Shown one piece after another: positions 1-12,681 of a stretch of DNA of 64,000 nt (position 1 is the stretch's first letter; the number at the start of each line of letters is the position of its first letter). Both the position numbers and the translations under genes were made by a program. The stretch comes from Takakia lepidozioides. Its lineage: Eukaryota > Plantae > Bryophyta. The notes under the pieces are model-generated. The model saw only the letters and a program-made list of their open reading frames with translations. It was not told the DNA's origin and did not search any database. The stretch is taken from assembly GCA_030704615.1 (NCBI GenBank), contig CM060731.1, positions 40,114,001 through 40,178,000 of the forward strand, in the 5' to 3' direction.

Positions 1-1667
1 AACAACATTGAAATTTGCTTGAGCACTATCCGCCATGAAACCTGCAAAATTTGGAGATGGCAGCCCATGACACGTATCAGAGAATTCCACATGAGCTTCT
101 GGGATTCCGTATCCTCGGATTGCATGTCACAAACTGCAATTGTCATAATTCGTTGGTACACTGGATCGTAGACATGACAAGCCATTGTCGTCCAATCCTT
201 CACTCGTTTCACATGATCAAACATAAGAAAACAGTTCTGCAAGTCCTCAGTCTTCTGCATCCGCTTCACGAGGCTAACCCCACTGCCCTCCCCAACAGTC
301 GACATTTTGAAAAGAAAAACTTTGATGGCACCTTGACCTGGGAATACATTGTCCTGGATGTAATCGTACTTGCTCACTCGTTTCAACTCCAAAATGTTGT
401 CTATGTAGCCTCTGATACCAGAGCCCATTCTTAATGCATTGATCTGATGCCGAATGTTAGGTGAACTCAAAGTGGAGAAATGATCCATGACCAGGTCCAA
501 TGCTGCACCGTCAAGTTTAGTCCCCACAGAATCCCCTTCACTCAAAATATGGCTTTCCAAGAAGGACTTGCTTGCGCCAAGAGCAATTGCAGATGTTGTT
601 GCGGATGGGTTTCTCCCGAACTCCTGTTTAATCAACCTCGATACTGTCTCAACACTCTCCCTGTAATCCCCCTTCGAGACAAGATGGTTATGGAATCCGA
701 AATGCACACAAGCTCTTGTCATTGTTTTCAAACGGTGGACAACATAGTACATTCTTGCTCCGCAGAGCGCCAAGCAGGATGACACAAGTTTGCAGACGAA
801 AGTGTTTGCCGGTGGAGGGGCAGTCCCAGGCTGAAATGGATTTTCCGCCAGACCCTCCCATTCGCTTTGATTATGAACCCCAGACTGAAGAAAGTGTCTG
901 CAATTCAAATTATCACACCTAAGGTGTCCATTGCAAACTGTTCTCCTAAAAACAAGCTTGTCATCATTCTGAATATTGGATGTTTTTGTTCTGCACCACG
1001 GGTGCCCGTCGTGTTTCTTGTCCATTCCATGCATCATGATTGTTACACCTCCAACTCGCGGAGGAGGAGGCAGCTCGAATAGGATATCGCCATCAAAAGT
1101 CTCTGGCAAGAACTTCACAGGCACCTGCTTCAAAGATTCCCAATCAATTCCTCGCAACTCACTTTTGAATCCAGCCATTCCTCCCATCGCCCGTAATTTT
1201 GGAATGACACTACAAATCTCTTCTTCATCAGCTTCTCCAACCACAGTAGGAAGGACTGGATTTGGAATTTCACTTATGTCATCATCGGACGAATCCGAAA
1301 GCTCAACGATTGGAGTGGAGGACGTCTGTTCTTTTTTTCACCACCACCTCCCTCTTGTCTTCAACGACCGAAGCAGCAGTCTCGGGCGTCACATATGACC
1401 CAAGGGACTTTCGCCGAGGCTCTCCAAGTACGGGCGCACTCTCCACTGGCTGATATGAGCCGTCTCATCACAGTTTTGGAAAGAGTATTTCAACAACTTC
1501 CCTTTCAAATCGTACACCTCTTTCTCCAAAAAGGTGGAGCCATTCTGAAGCTGAAAACGGGTAGCCAAGACATGTTCCAGAACAATTGCAAATCCATTGA
1601 CAAGGACTTCCCGGGAGAACGACACTGGTTTGTCGTCAGAGAAGAACTCCGCTTCAGAGGAAGCCAT
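1..1667 (-). pseudogene. Degenerate Mutator(MULE)-like DDE transposase with N-terminal Cys/His (GCM/FAR1-like) domain; runs off window start
   Basis: Manual minus-strand translation gives DKKHDGHPWC..TSNI..FRRTVCNGHLRCDNLNC, then FLMFDHVKRVKDWTTMACHVYDP..IAVCDMQSEDTESQ and PNFAGFMADSAQANFNVV (DDE-like acidic motifs). Stops and frameshifts are present (e.g. a frameshift near 60-70). Confidence 0.7.
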
Positions 1668-2887
1668 CTTCCTTCCTCGCGTACGTTGATACCTTGCTAT
1701 CGCAGACCTAGTGTAAATCGGTTTACTGATGTCTCCAGAACACAGTTGAAGAATGAGCAGAGAATATGGCGGAGGAAGCTCAGACGACGACAGTGCATAT
1801 TCTGTTATTCTTTCCAGATATGCAGCTGTCCATTTTAATTACTTTTCTTGTGGGCCCAGTGGTCAGAGTATCCCTAGGAGCAATGTCGGCAGCTGTTAAA
1901 CCGTTAATCAGAACCTCATCAATAAACACAATAACAAGCCGACTTCCTGGAAGCATGCCACAGGATCTGAGGGTGGGATTGCAGATTAAGTAAATGTATC
2001 TTTATACTACTACCAATGATCATGCGCACCTGGAAAGTTCAAAATGTGAAACGAACGTGGGGTTGGCTAACAAGGATGACCGTGTATGATATCCCAAAAT
2101 TTGTCATCAAACTCTCGTTCATTTACATATATTTGTTTAAGACTGTGCGCCAAGATTTCTGGGATTCGCTGTTATTTTTAAATATTGAAACCGTTCTAAT
2201 AAAGAACACGTCGTTTATTTTGGGCGACACACATCAGACATCGATAACTGAATACGAACAGCTGTACACACATTGCTGGCATGTGCACTAATAAGGGAAC
2301 GACTCTGTATAACGGTCACGCGAGAGGGAATCCGATGCTTCTAGAGACAAGCAACAATGCACGCAATCCCGCAAGAAATCGGGAGTCACTTCGTTTTTCT
2401 ACTTTTCGCACTTAGAGGGAGAGTGGTAGTCAAGATGGAGACGGTTCCTTCTACAATACAAAAGAGAATAAAGTCTCTTTATTTTACTTCCCTTAAAGAG
2501 AGACGCAGAGCAAGAGAGCAAATGACGAGGCGTCGTTTGTTGGAGAACACAGGGCCAAGGCAGCAGGTGAACGCGGAGACTGATTCACAAGAGCAGACCG
2601 AGACTGAGGCAGCGGCTGTGACACAGTTGGCGATAACAGTGCGCGTTGGAAACCAGCCTGTGGATGCAGAGATGACTCGCAGGGAAACAGAAGGAGGTGG
2701 AAGCACGAGGAATGCTGAACCGGGAGAAGGTCCAGAAACCCTAGAGCAGACAGAAATTCCAGCAGGGAAGAGGAAAACTGCAGAAGGGGATCCAATTTCA
2801 AAACCTAAGAAGACGCCAGTAAGTTTTCTCTAACTTACATTTCATTGTTGAAGATCTGCGTAGAGATTGAGTGGAATGTCCCAGAAA

Positions 2888-3369
2888 AGGATTGTCGCTA
2901 CCGACCATCACCACGAAACAACGGTGATTTGCTTTCTACTCCTCTGTTAAGGGTTTACCGCACAATGAGTAGGTGACTGACGGTACCGTTGTTCAGATCA
3001 TACAGTCTGTCTGATTGCCTTTCAAGCAGTCCTTCCTCTTCCCTTCTTTAGCAGGAACATGTGATTGAAGTCTACTGAATTGCGAGCGTCGTTAACGCCA
3101 TTCGATTCTCCTCATGAGATTTATTTACCTAGGTGTTTGAAGAGAGAGTGAGGGTCGGCATATTCAGTCATAATGTATTGTCATTACACAACACCGATCC
3201 GCCAGGTCCTTATCTTTTGTGATTGTCGTTAACGCCGTTCGCTATCGCTCTCGCTTTTGTTTTGAATTCGGCAGGATCAGCTTTGCTTATGTAGATGGTT
3301 CTGAATTTGTTTCACACCATTCATTGTGAGTTTCTTCGAGACAGAGTGATGGTCGTTACCGCCGTTCAC
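2888..3369. repeat. Cluster of degenerate 24-bp palindromes (consensus GTGAATGTCGT-NN-ACGACATTCAC) in intron 1
   Basis: Copies at 2888, 2973 (weak), 3082, 3219 and 3346. Confidence 0.75.
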
Positions 3370-5237
3370 TATTTGCAAATTACTCAGTCAGATTTGAATG
3401 GCATCGTGCAGAAAACTGTGAGGTCCAAGCCTACAGGATCAGAGGGGAAAGGATCTGGAGATGGGGACGAGTCTGGAAAAAGCTCAGAGAATACAGATGA
3501 AGCAGATGAATCTGAAGTGCACTACCTTGACAAGGTGAAAGAACTCATGTCATTCCAGAAGGTAAACTCTCAGGAGGTTATAAGGGACATGCTCATATCT
3601 GAAGGCATCTGGACATCCCTCTGTGTCGGATGATATCTATGCATGTTGTGCGTCCACCTTTTTCCCATGACATAACAAAATTGGAGAGTGATTTTGTGCA
3701 TCGATACAGACTTGGTGCACAAGTTTTTTATGTGTCACTGACGGACATAAATGGGAAAAGCACATTAGTGTCTCCAGAGATCAGTGATAACTGGGATGAG
3801 TGCTGGAAAGATGCCAATGAGGAGTTCGAGCTGGGCCTCATGATGGGAAAGAACACCCAGCAATTCTGCAACCACATGTTCTACGTCTGGGACGGCAACC
3901 ACCGATTGCTGGCATGGATGGGATACATCCAGAAACACCATACGAAAGACAAAGACAAGCATGTTGCTGTGGATGCAATGGTTTTGGATCCAGGAAACGA
4001 CATCGCTAGGCTTCTTACAGCTATGCACGACGTGAACAAGTAAGTCATCCTAGAGATTTCATTCCCTCTGTAGTGTCTTGTTAATCCCCAAAAAACAGTG
4101 TTAAGGAATGCAATGTTTCCAATGTTTTTGCAGATCGACAGAGAAATCGCATGTGACAACAAGCTTGGTCCACACATTATTCCGAATTCAGAGGATTGGT
4201 CTGATGAAGCTGGATGATTTTCGGACAGTACTCCCACCCAATATAATCAAGAAGTACGAAACATGAAGAGCTGCATGCACTTGGTATTCTTTGACTCGAG
4301 AGGCGTTTCTGGAGTACATGTATGCGGTAAGCCCGAGTCTGTACTCAGTTTACTTTTCGAATACATGTTTGTAGTCCCTTCGGTGCTAATCACTATTTGA
4401 ATCAATGCAGCAAGAACTGGCAGAGGCAGAGAAGGGAAAATCCGAATATTACCGCACTACACCAGAGGAACTAAGGGCATCAAAGAGTGTGGAAGCAGCA
4501 ATAAAGAAGGAGTTTGAAATGCGAAGAACCAAATTGATGTCCGCCTTCGGAAAGCAGCTTAGAATAGTAGATCCTGGACTTGGTTCTGAGTTCCTTCAGC
4601 AGATCAAATCTCACTATGACAAGCATGTGCATCCGGAGATGCAGCAGGAGAAATTGCACCGGTTGGCCATATCCATGGTCGACCCACAAACAAAAATAAG
4701 GTGGCTGGAGATATGGAACTCAGATCAGACAATAAAGGACTTGAATCAGTTCCCAAAGAGCACCATACAGCCTGGCACAAAGGTGGAAGGAATCAGTGAT
4801 TTGGTGTTTGATAACTGGCTCCACAAGGCTACATTTTGGAGTCAGGTGTGTATTCAAATAAGCCGTTTTCTTTTCTTCAATTATGTGATGAGTATCTTAT
4901 TTGCAATACTGACAAATATACAATTTGCAGTTCGAAAAGCGCGCCGTCATTGTGCTGGATCAGACTTTGAAGGACTTGAACATTTCGATTGTTTCCCCTC
5001 CCCAAATGTCATTGGAGGCATACATAAGGAAGTGGAGAGGTCTCACCTGGAAATACTGTTTTTTCCGGGAGTTATCCAAAGATGGTAACATTTTACGGTC
5101 CAACGACTTTGACAGTCAGGTTGGAGGAGAGTGGGTCATGATGCGAGTTGTGTACAGGTGCAATATCATACTGGAAATTCTACTGTATTTTTTGGGAAAT
5201 AATTTGGCTTCATAAGGATTGTAATCATAGATCCAAA

Positions 5238-5656
5238 TTGAATGTCGTTGACGACATTCACTTCTTTGTCTGAGTCATTCTTAAGCGAGAATTTGAATTC
5301 ACCTGGATTAGGAGCTTAGGGTGTAATTATAGTGTCCCTGATTAGAATTGATAATGTCCGTGAACGGCGTTGACGACATTCACATCCAGAGTTGTTGAGA
5401 GGTCCTCAGAGTTATGTAAGTTTTTGTAATGTCCATAGAGTTTACAGTGAGGGTTCCTCACTTCAGTTTGCTGAATGTCGATGCAGACATTCAGTTGTTC
5501 ATTAGCAATGTATTCACAAATCCAAAGTGAATGTCGTTGACGACATTCACTTCTATGTCTGTGTCATTCCAAAGCGAGAGTTTGCATTCACGTGGATTAG
5601 GGTGTATTTACAGTATCATTGAATGGAATGTTTTGAATGGCGTTGACGACATTCAC
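5238..5656. repeat. Cluster of five 24-bp palindromes in an intron, partly from a ~290-bp tandem duplication
   Basis: Copies at 5238, 5360, 5471, 5527 (perfect GTGAATGTCGTTGACGACATTCAC) and 5633. Another copy lies at 6971-6994 in a later intron. Confidence 0.9.
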
Positions 5657-7431
5657 ATCCGGAGCAGTCGTGTGGTCTTGAAAGGTCCTTGGAGCAGTTC
5701 TCAGAGCCATTTCATTCTATGTTTTTTCATTCTGTGCTACTTCATCTTACTCACTTCGCGCTTTGGTGGTTGGGATTTATCTCCTATTTAACAGATACAT
5801 GAAATATGTGCTTATGGAAAGAAATCACCTAAGCGGTATTTCAGACTATCTTGACATGTGGTCGGACCCTGCAAACGATCCAACCATGTATACTGCAGGG
5901 ATATTGAAGGACTGGAGTCCTTCTCACTTCAGAGATTGTGGCTGGTACCTTGACTGCCCACCGGAGCACACGACCTTTCAAGCACAGCATATGAAATATT
6001 TGAACAATAATGCTGAGATGCTGGCGCCTCTGACTGACGAAGACTACCAAAGAAACATAGCAACATTGGCTGCCAAGGAGCCTGATGCTCAGGGAACGCC
6101 GCAGAAGGGAAAGAAGGCGGGCCGTAAACCAAAAGACAAGGCTCTTGATGTCATAGCCATCTCACCAGCAAATCCAAAGGACAAAGACAAGTCCAAAGAG
6201 AAGGAAAATGACAAGGGGAAGGAGAAAGAAAAGGAGATGGAGAGTGGGCAAGACTTCACTGCTGGAAGATATACCCGCACAGTTCAGTGCGTGTTCGATG
6301 CCAAGCCACACCCTTCCCGTTCTGATTCGGCAGGAGAGATTAAAATTGTCAATGAGGGTTGGCTGTCGATGCAGAGTCGAAAGAGAAGATACACTGGGGT
6401 GCATTCGCCTACCTGGGACAACATAATCTCATTCCTCAATCTGGTGAGAATTCCAGTTTCTTTCCTTTTTCTCTGAAAGTTTCATTGGCAGTATTTCAGT
6501 CTGGTTCTTTGAAAACATTCTTGCCATCGTTCTTAAAAAAAACATGTCTGTTGCAGGTGAGCACAGGCCCCACCTTCGTGTGCGGTGTGCAGAAAACATA
6601 TGCGGCTGACATTGTCATTCTCGACATCCCGGATGGCCAGGCTGTGCCAGAAGTTCTTCCAAAGGGCAAGATGCCAGGCTGGAACAAATTCGAGGACAAC
6701 TACTGGAGTTGGGTGTTCGGGTTCTGTAATAATTTCCTTTTTGATGCAGGGACACTTCTGCTTTTTCAGTCATGTGACAAAGATAGTCGTCGGGCATTGG
6801 CATCATACCTCAAGTCTTCAGGGTTTGAAGTTTTGCGCACATGGAATTGTGTGAATAGCCTCTACCTTGTAAAAGGGGGTTTCCCTGGTCAGCTGGTACG
6901 CCGTCTCCCTTCTGCTTGTGCTTTCATGATGAGTTTGAATGTTCTCTGCAGCTCCACTCTAGAAGAATCTGTCATGATCGACACCGATCATCACCGATTC
7001 GTGATAAAAATGATTGTTTTGTGCCTAAGTTCTGAATAACCGATGTACACACTTCCACTATAGATTGTGTTTACCACACTAACCTGCTATCTTTGGCAGA
7101 CGAGGATGTTCGAGGCGATCTGTCTGCGCAAGATTCGCACCTCCAAGACACCATCCTCCATCCGCAGCTTTGAGATTTCTGACCAGGGTTGTTTTGTCAA
7201 CCCCCCCTATGAGCCGCATGTCGATGACATTTTGTACAACTTCATGCAGTCCAGTCAGACTCTGAAGAGACCAGATGGCACTCCCTGGAGAGGTGCAAAG
7301 GAAAAATCCCCAGCGTTCATGCAAATACTGCTGGAGTCATGCAGCCACCACTCTGCACGGGTGGTCGATCTTTCTGTGTCCACAGGTTCGTTCTCTCCCT
7401 TCCGAATTGATTTTCTTTCACCAGTTCCATC

Positions 7432-8416
7432 TGCTTAAGGAGCCAAAATGGGCTCCAATCTCTGGAAGAGAGGCCAGATAATTGTCCGGAAGAAAGGGGA
7501 AGGCCAAAACCCTTGGCTTGTACATAAGCAATTCCATCTTTGTGGCCCCAATCTGGGGACCAAGGAAACAGATTGACTTTTATCCGTGACTCTTGGTAAT
7601 TTGGAGGCCAGGGCCTTATCTGCATCTTCCCTTTGAGCAGAACTGCACAGTGTAAAATCCTCTAGCCATGGACTGACAGAAGTGGTGGGTAAGGATGCTC
7701 AATTATCCACTTACGGACCCATTGTCTCTCGTGCACTCTCCCTGGGAAATGAACAAGAATGCCATGCTGAGACATTTCCTGGACTGAGCCTTGACAAATT
7801 CCATATTCAAAGGAAGCACTTGCTGACTGTCATCTCCCGAGGGGATTTGATCAGCCCAGGGGACGCTGTCCAACCGAGAGGGGCCTAACTAGTTCCGGGC
7901 CCTTACCCAGGAGTGACATAGACTGCTGACCTCCTCTACCTTTCACTGACCAACAGGCACGCCCCTTTGAGCCTGAGATACCACTCTTTCTACGCGGGGC
8001 ACCACCTAGACGACATTACGAGCAACGAGCAACAGAACAAACAGACAGAAGGGGGCGAGAGAGGATGGGAGGCATGACTTGCAGGGCACGAGAGAAGAAT
8101 GAGATGAAGTGTGCAGGCTGCGGAGTTCTACAGCCGACACCCGTGCTGGGCAGCAATAACTCAGATCGCCGTAAGCCGCAAATTCACGACAGGGACCTCA
8201 AGTCGAGGGGATCCACAACAGGTCTCTTCAAATACTCTTGTTTCCACATACAGACGTGCACAATCTGTTCCTGGCGCACACCGCCCAACCCAGTAAACCA
8301 CAAAAACTGCAGTGCGAGTGAGTGAATGAACGAACACAGCTGCAGCGCAAAACGAGAGCGTGCAGAGAGAGAGGTGCGAGACAGGCGGAATGAGATGAGG
8401 CCCCGTTTACAAGTCA
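7432..8416. mobile_element. Possible solo-LTR-like insertion following the last visible exon of the MTase-like gene
   Basis: Abrupt change in composition after the last exon; TG...CA ends. No TSD confirmed. Confidence 0.25.
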
Positions 8417-9199
8417 TACTTGTCTGTTTTCCGATATCTGTGTTCCTATTTTTATGCTACTTTTAATCTACTTTTCGCATACCTTTTGCTTAATTTGCTT
8501 GTACCTCCTTTTTCATACATACATGTCCACAACCTGCTTTTCCTCATTTGTGCTATCAACCCGAATTTGGTCTAATGACGTGTGCGCACACTAACTAGAC
8601 GCTTCGGACATGACTGAATCACTGAATGTGTGAATATTCCCAAAACACTTGTAAAAGAATTTGAATCAAATCCATTGAATCTCTAGACTCCTGTAGCCAC
8701 CCTTCTCAATTCCACGCCCCTATCTACTTTCCATGCCTTCTTCTCTCTTGCCCTTTTTCGAATCATCTCACCAGTGCTTGGGGGGTGAAACTTGGAAGCT
8801 TTTGGCTTTCCAAAAAAGTGCTCTAGGCTGAAGGATTCCTTAGGACTTAGAATCCATGAAACCATTGGGGGAGAAAAACACCGGATTGGAGTCCAGAGAC
8901 GAGAAGGCACAGGGTGCAGAAAGAGCTACTGACTATTCATTATCTTTTTGAACGAAGAATTTTTATCATTTACTGACATAGATGCATGGTCCAATCCCAG
9001 TATTGGCTTATCAAAAATCTGGTATGCTCTGAATTTGATTTTGGAAGCAGGAAGATGAAAGATTGCAGCAGTATGTAACAGGGCAGGGTGATGTGGTCAA
9101 ATGGTTGACACTAATCTGTTGAGTCTCATGTGCTCTCCAAAAGTAGTGGAATGAGATTTCTTGGTCCCTAAAGTCTCCTTTCAGTACTGACACTACAAA

Positions 9200-10310
9200 T
9201 CTGCTAAATTCAAAGAGAATTTAAATCGAAGTCTAGTCAGATAGTGCAGGTATTGCAGCAGTAGAGTGTGTCTTGCATCCAACTGATGTAAATAGTGATG
9301 TAACACCAGAAACGCTGTGCACTGGTTTTTGCTGTTGTTAACCTGGATTCTCCTCCAATTTTCAACACGCCATATGAGAAATCTGTTGTCTTGGGGGTGT
9401 GGGTACTGGTCTTGTCTGACTCTACCTTTCACTGCTCCATTTTCATTTTTCATGAGTGATGAGACCTGACCACTCTCTTCCCATCAAAGAAGTTGAGGTC
9501 TTGACAATTGCCCCACAACGTCTGCACAATGCTTTCAAGCAGTTGGGCACGGGCCCAGAGTAATGTACCAATACCATCCATCATTTGGTCTTCAGTAATG
9601 TTACAGTGCAAATTTGTGGTGAGTGTGACTTGAAAAGGCCATGAGCAAGAACATTTGGAGGTCAGATTGGGTTTATGGTCCATGTCAGAATACTGGCCAA
9701 ATGAGCACATTTGTGTTGTTCTGCAATACAAGTGTTCCTACACGTTTTGATGTGTCTCCTCAGGGTCTCCAGCATGCCCCAACTGGACACGCTCCCAGAA
9801 GTCGAATGAATTTACGCATGGAATACGTAGCAGATGTAGTAAACGTTACTGGCTGTGACAACTGCTAGTTGAGATCTGCCTTGGCGAAGTCGGCTTTCAC
9901 TGGAAGGCCCGAGATGACACAGTACCAACAGTCACATACAGGTTACACCACCACCCAGACCCTCCTCTCTCCCAGGCTCTCTCCCTCTCCTTCACATGCC
10001 TGTCTGCAATGCTGGTTACATGCACTCCATAAACACATTTGAGTGAATGATGCAATCAGCACCTCTCCCTCCCTCTCTGCTGATTTATGGTCACAATGGC
10101 CAGCGATATGTAATGAGTACATCATCTGAATCCCTCTTGGCTCACTAAAATGCAGCTGTCAGAGCAGTCACCACCCCCATGTGTCACATTTGACAGGGAT
10201 CAGGTACAACAGCAATGGAGGAATTAACACTTCCATATTTCCTCTAGAAAAGCCTTCACACAAGCGTCGATCTGCTGTGAGCTGCCCAGCAATTAGACCC
10301 TAACAGGCCC
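9200..10310 (-). mobile_element. Old degenerate non-LTR (LINE) 3' fragment
   Basis: 10240-10280 matches the CAGATTGATGCTTGTGTGAAGGGATTTCTAGAGG segment of the LINE at 21054-22166. Boundaries are approximate. Confidence 0.45.
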
Positions 10311-10414
10311 AGGCTTAAGCTCACCCACAAGATTTGGAAGGCTAGTGAATTGAGGTGCAGGGACTTTGTTTTGGCTTGAAGAGGGTCGCTCTCTCATGAG
10401 AATACCTCGGACAT

Positions 10415-10605
10415 TGTAAGAGAATGTACTCATAAGACAGTATTTGCCATAGCCTCGTGGCCATTGATCCCGCGCCCAGTTTGAGCGGAACACAAAGGGA
10501 CAGAAACTAGCTTTGTCAGGGGCTGATGCGGGTAGTATGACTTTACCTTGGAGCAGACAATTGATCCGATTTTTCCAGATATCTTCTAGAAATCCCTTCA
10601 TTCTA

Positions 10606-10606
<1 letters not shown>
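10415..10606 (-). mobile_element. 5'-truncated LINE 3' end abutting a (GA)n microsatellite
   Basis: Reverse complement of the 21997-22175 LINE tail (GAAGGGATTTCTAGA...TTATGAGTACATTCTCT); (GA)n at ~10609-10640. Confidence 0.8.
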
Positions 10607-10643
<37 letters not shown>

Positions 10644-10764
10644 GAATGTCTGTATATGTTTCAGTTTCAAAATTGGGTACTCCGACTCAGGCCAAGATGT
10701 GCTTGTTACGACTGTTGGCTTTCTGAGGAAATTTGAGAAGAAAACAAAGCTTGAAACTTTATTC

Positions 10765-12180
10765 TTAGCTAATATCCAAAAACTCAATAACATAGTCTGA
10801 AGCAGCCTCACTCCCTTGTTTCCCTACAGGAAGTGGGATGCTAGACCTAATGTGCTCAGTGACACCAGCCAAGGGTGCAATGCGTGTCCCCCAGGTAACA
10901 AGAGACTTGATCAAAACTTGCAATGCTTTCAGTTCCTCAAGATAGTCTGTGCACAACACAAACTTGGTGTAATGCCCATCTAGCACCACACTCACCCACT
11001 GCAGTACCTGCACGAGTGATGGCAATTTGTGGCTGAATCCTTTCATCTTGGGAGCAGGTGTGTGCATCAGCCTGCTGGAGTAGCAGTCCAACCACTTGTG
11101 CAAATACTGCAACAGCCGCACGGCCTCACCTGTGTTGAGCTGTGCAATGACTGATGCAAGCACGGCATCATCCTGTCCTGAGGCCATTATGTCATGCAAA
11201 CACAGTTCTGATGCCGTAAACCCATCAACACTCGCTGCCATGGCAATCGCTCTAGCTAAAGGCCCCCGCTGGTGTGGATTGGGATTGGCATGGTTTCTTG
11301 CTCTTTCATGCCCTTGCTTGTCAGCAACCTTTTGCAGCGCTCCAATTGCCAGTTCTCTCTTCTGGGCAGCAAGTTCAATCGCAGCTGAAGCAGCTTTTCT
11401 CCACTCCTGCCGCACGACTTCGAGAGATTTTTGGGGCACCCTAGAGGCAAGGAAGAACCTTAGCATTTCAAGTATCTCTGAAGGCAGTAAATCAAGGACG
11501 TGCGTGGCACACAAACACAACAGCGATGCCTGCCTCTCCTCCACCAGCTTTTGCACTAGCTGTGGGCAGCCGTTGCTCGACACCAATCCGCACTCGATCA
11601 GCACTTGCAAAGGGCCCCAACAATGTAAGGCCAATGAACACTGCAAAATAAGCGCTATGAGCCTTCGCCCTAAACGCTCTCCCGCCTTCCGCAACAGAGC
11701 GAGGGTCAAAACTTCTTCATCGTCCCTCTCATTTGTGCTACAAATGGCACCCTCCCCGAAACCATTGTCCCTTGCTTCTTCAGCGTTGTGCAGTTCTGGA
11801 GAGCCATCACTTGCCTGCCTGGCTGCATTATCCAACACAGGCCGCAGCATGGCCAAAAATTCCAGAGTAGTAAAACCCTGTGGGTTTTCGAGTCTATTGC
11901 TCAAATCCGCCACCAGTCTCTCCTCTTCTTTCTCTCTAGACACAATGACCCATTCCCCAGTTTCCTTACTGATAAGGTCATCCATGTACTCAGCTGCATT
12001 GTCAGGGCCCGAGTTGCTCTTTTTCGACCCTCTCGAGATAGTCACAGAGGGATGCAAGATCAAAGGCCAGACACTCTGTACCTGTGCAGCACCTGCCTCC
12101 TCCGCTTGCCCGGCCCTTGTCACCACCTCCAGCAGCGATCCTCCATGAGCGATTCTGAGCCTTTCTGCAGGCATTTCCAT
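10765..12180 (-). CDS. Nucleolar protein 11 (NOL11/Utp8) C-terminal-domain-like protein, intronless
   Basis: 471-aa ORF. The C-terminus PSLVQVLQWVSVVLDGHYTKFVL...DYVIEFLDIS resembles the NOL11 C-terminal signature (PTLNQIMDWICLLLDANF...YSIEVLEL). Confidence 0.7.
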   Translation of the reverse strand: MEMPAERLRIAHGGSLLEVVTRAGQAEEAGAAQVQSVWPLILHPSVTISRGSKKSNSGPDNAAEYMDDLISKETGEWVIVSREKEEERLVADLSNRLENPQGFTTLEFLAMLRPVLDNAARQASDGSPELHNAEEARDNGFGEGAICSTNERDDEEVLTLALLRKAGERLGRRLIALILQCSLALHCWGPLQVLIECGLVSSNGCPQLVQKLVEERQASLLCLCATHVLDLLPSEILEMLRFFLASRVPQKSLEVVRQEWRKAASAAIELAAQKRELAIGALQKVADKQGHERARNHANPNPHQRGPLARAIAMAASVDGFTASELCLHDIMASGQDDAVLASVIAQLNTGEAVRLLQYLHKWLDCYSSRLMHTPAPKMKGFSHKLPSLVQVLQWVSVVLDGHYTKFVLCTDYLEELKALQVLIKSLVTWGTRIAPLAGVTEHIRSSIPLPVGKQGSEAASDYVIEFLDIS

Positions 12181-12681
12181 TCCTCCTCCTTGGATCCAGA
12201 GAGAGAAGGTAAGTCAGCTGCAGCTATGGCTCTCTAACCCTAACATGGCTCTTCCGAGGATGAGCGATGGATGATGCAGAGACATATCAAGGATGAAAGA
12301 GCATTCGGTTTCCAATTGCCTTGAAAGTGGCCGTTGACGGTTACTCCCCATAGCCACCCTGATTACGGTCTACATTGTCCGTGGATGTTGGAGAGGTAGG
12401 TAGAGAGGGAGAGGAGAGAAGCAGCTATGTGAGGAAGAAAACTGGGTTCATGTTATGGAGGTGTAGCTTAAACCATTCCTTTGTGTAGTTATCATGCAGG
12501 CTGTTTGTGCAGATGGCAGATAAGAACTTGTCATTTCAAGGAGTAGAGAACAAAGTAGACTTAGGGAAGCTGTGCGATTGATGGTTGGTGGCTTACTCAA
12601 AAAATCGACGAAACTTGTACTGTGATCGTGATATTATTCATAGATTTTGTCAAGAGGGCTAATGTAACAGCAAGGCCCACA

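Larger units (their letters stand above)
2435..7385 (+). pseudogene. Multi-exon gene: ParB/sulfiredoxin-like N-terminal domain + beta-class N6A/N4C DNA methyltransferase-like C-terminal domain (frameshifted)
   Basis: GT-AG exons ~2435-2818, 3412-4039, 4134-4326, 4411-4845, 4931-5157, 5794-6443, 6557-6895, 7100-7385. Motifs: VVRPP..FYVWDGNHRLLAW (ParB-like); ADIVILDIPDG (altered DPPY motif IV); WRGAKEKSPAFMQILLESCS..RVVDLSVSTG (motifs X/I). Frameshift near 3620. Confidence 0.7.
1..7430. mobile_element. Large Mutator-like DNA transposon remnant carrying ParB/MTase-like cargo; termini not identified
   Basis: Transposase (-) and cargo gene (+) are divergent, and the cargo introns carry a palindrome seen only here. 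The left end lies outside the window; the right end is not resolved. Confidence 0.55.

Noticed and set aside
51-1838. Several plus-strand ORFs
   Set aside because: Antisense to the degenerate transposase, whose motifs are on the minus strand.
5238-5656. Regularly spaced palindromic repeats resembling a CRISPR array
   Set aside because: Eukaryotic intron, irregular 30-100 bp spacers that are partly duplicated, degenerate repeats and no cas genes.
11096-12148. 350-aa plus-strand ORF
   Set aside because: Antisense shadow of the NOL11-like gene; Ser-rich with no motifs.
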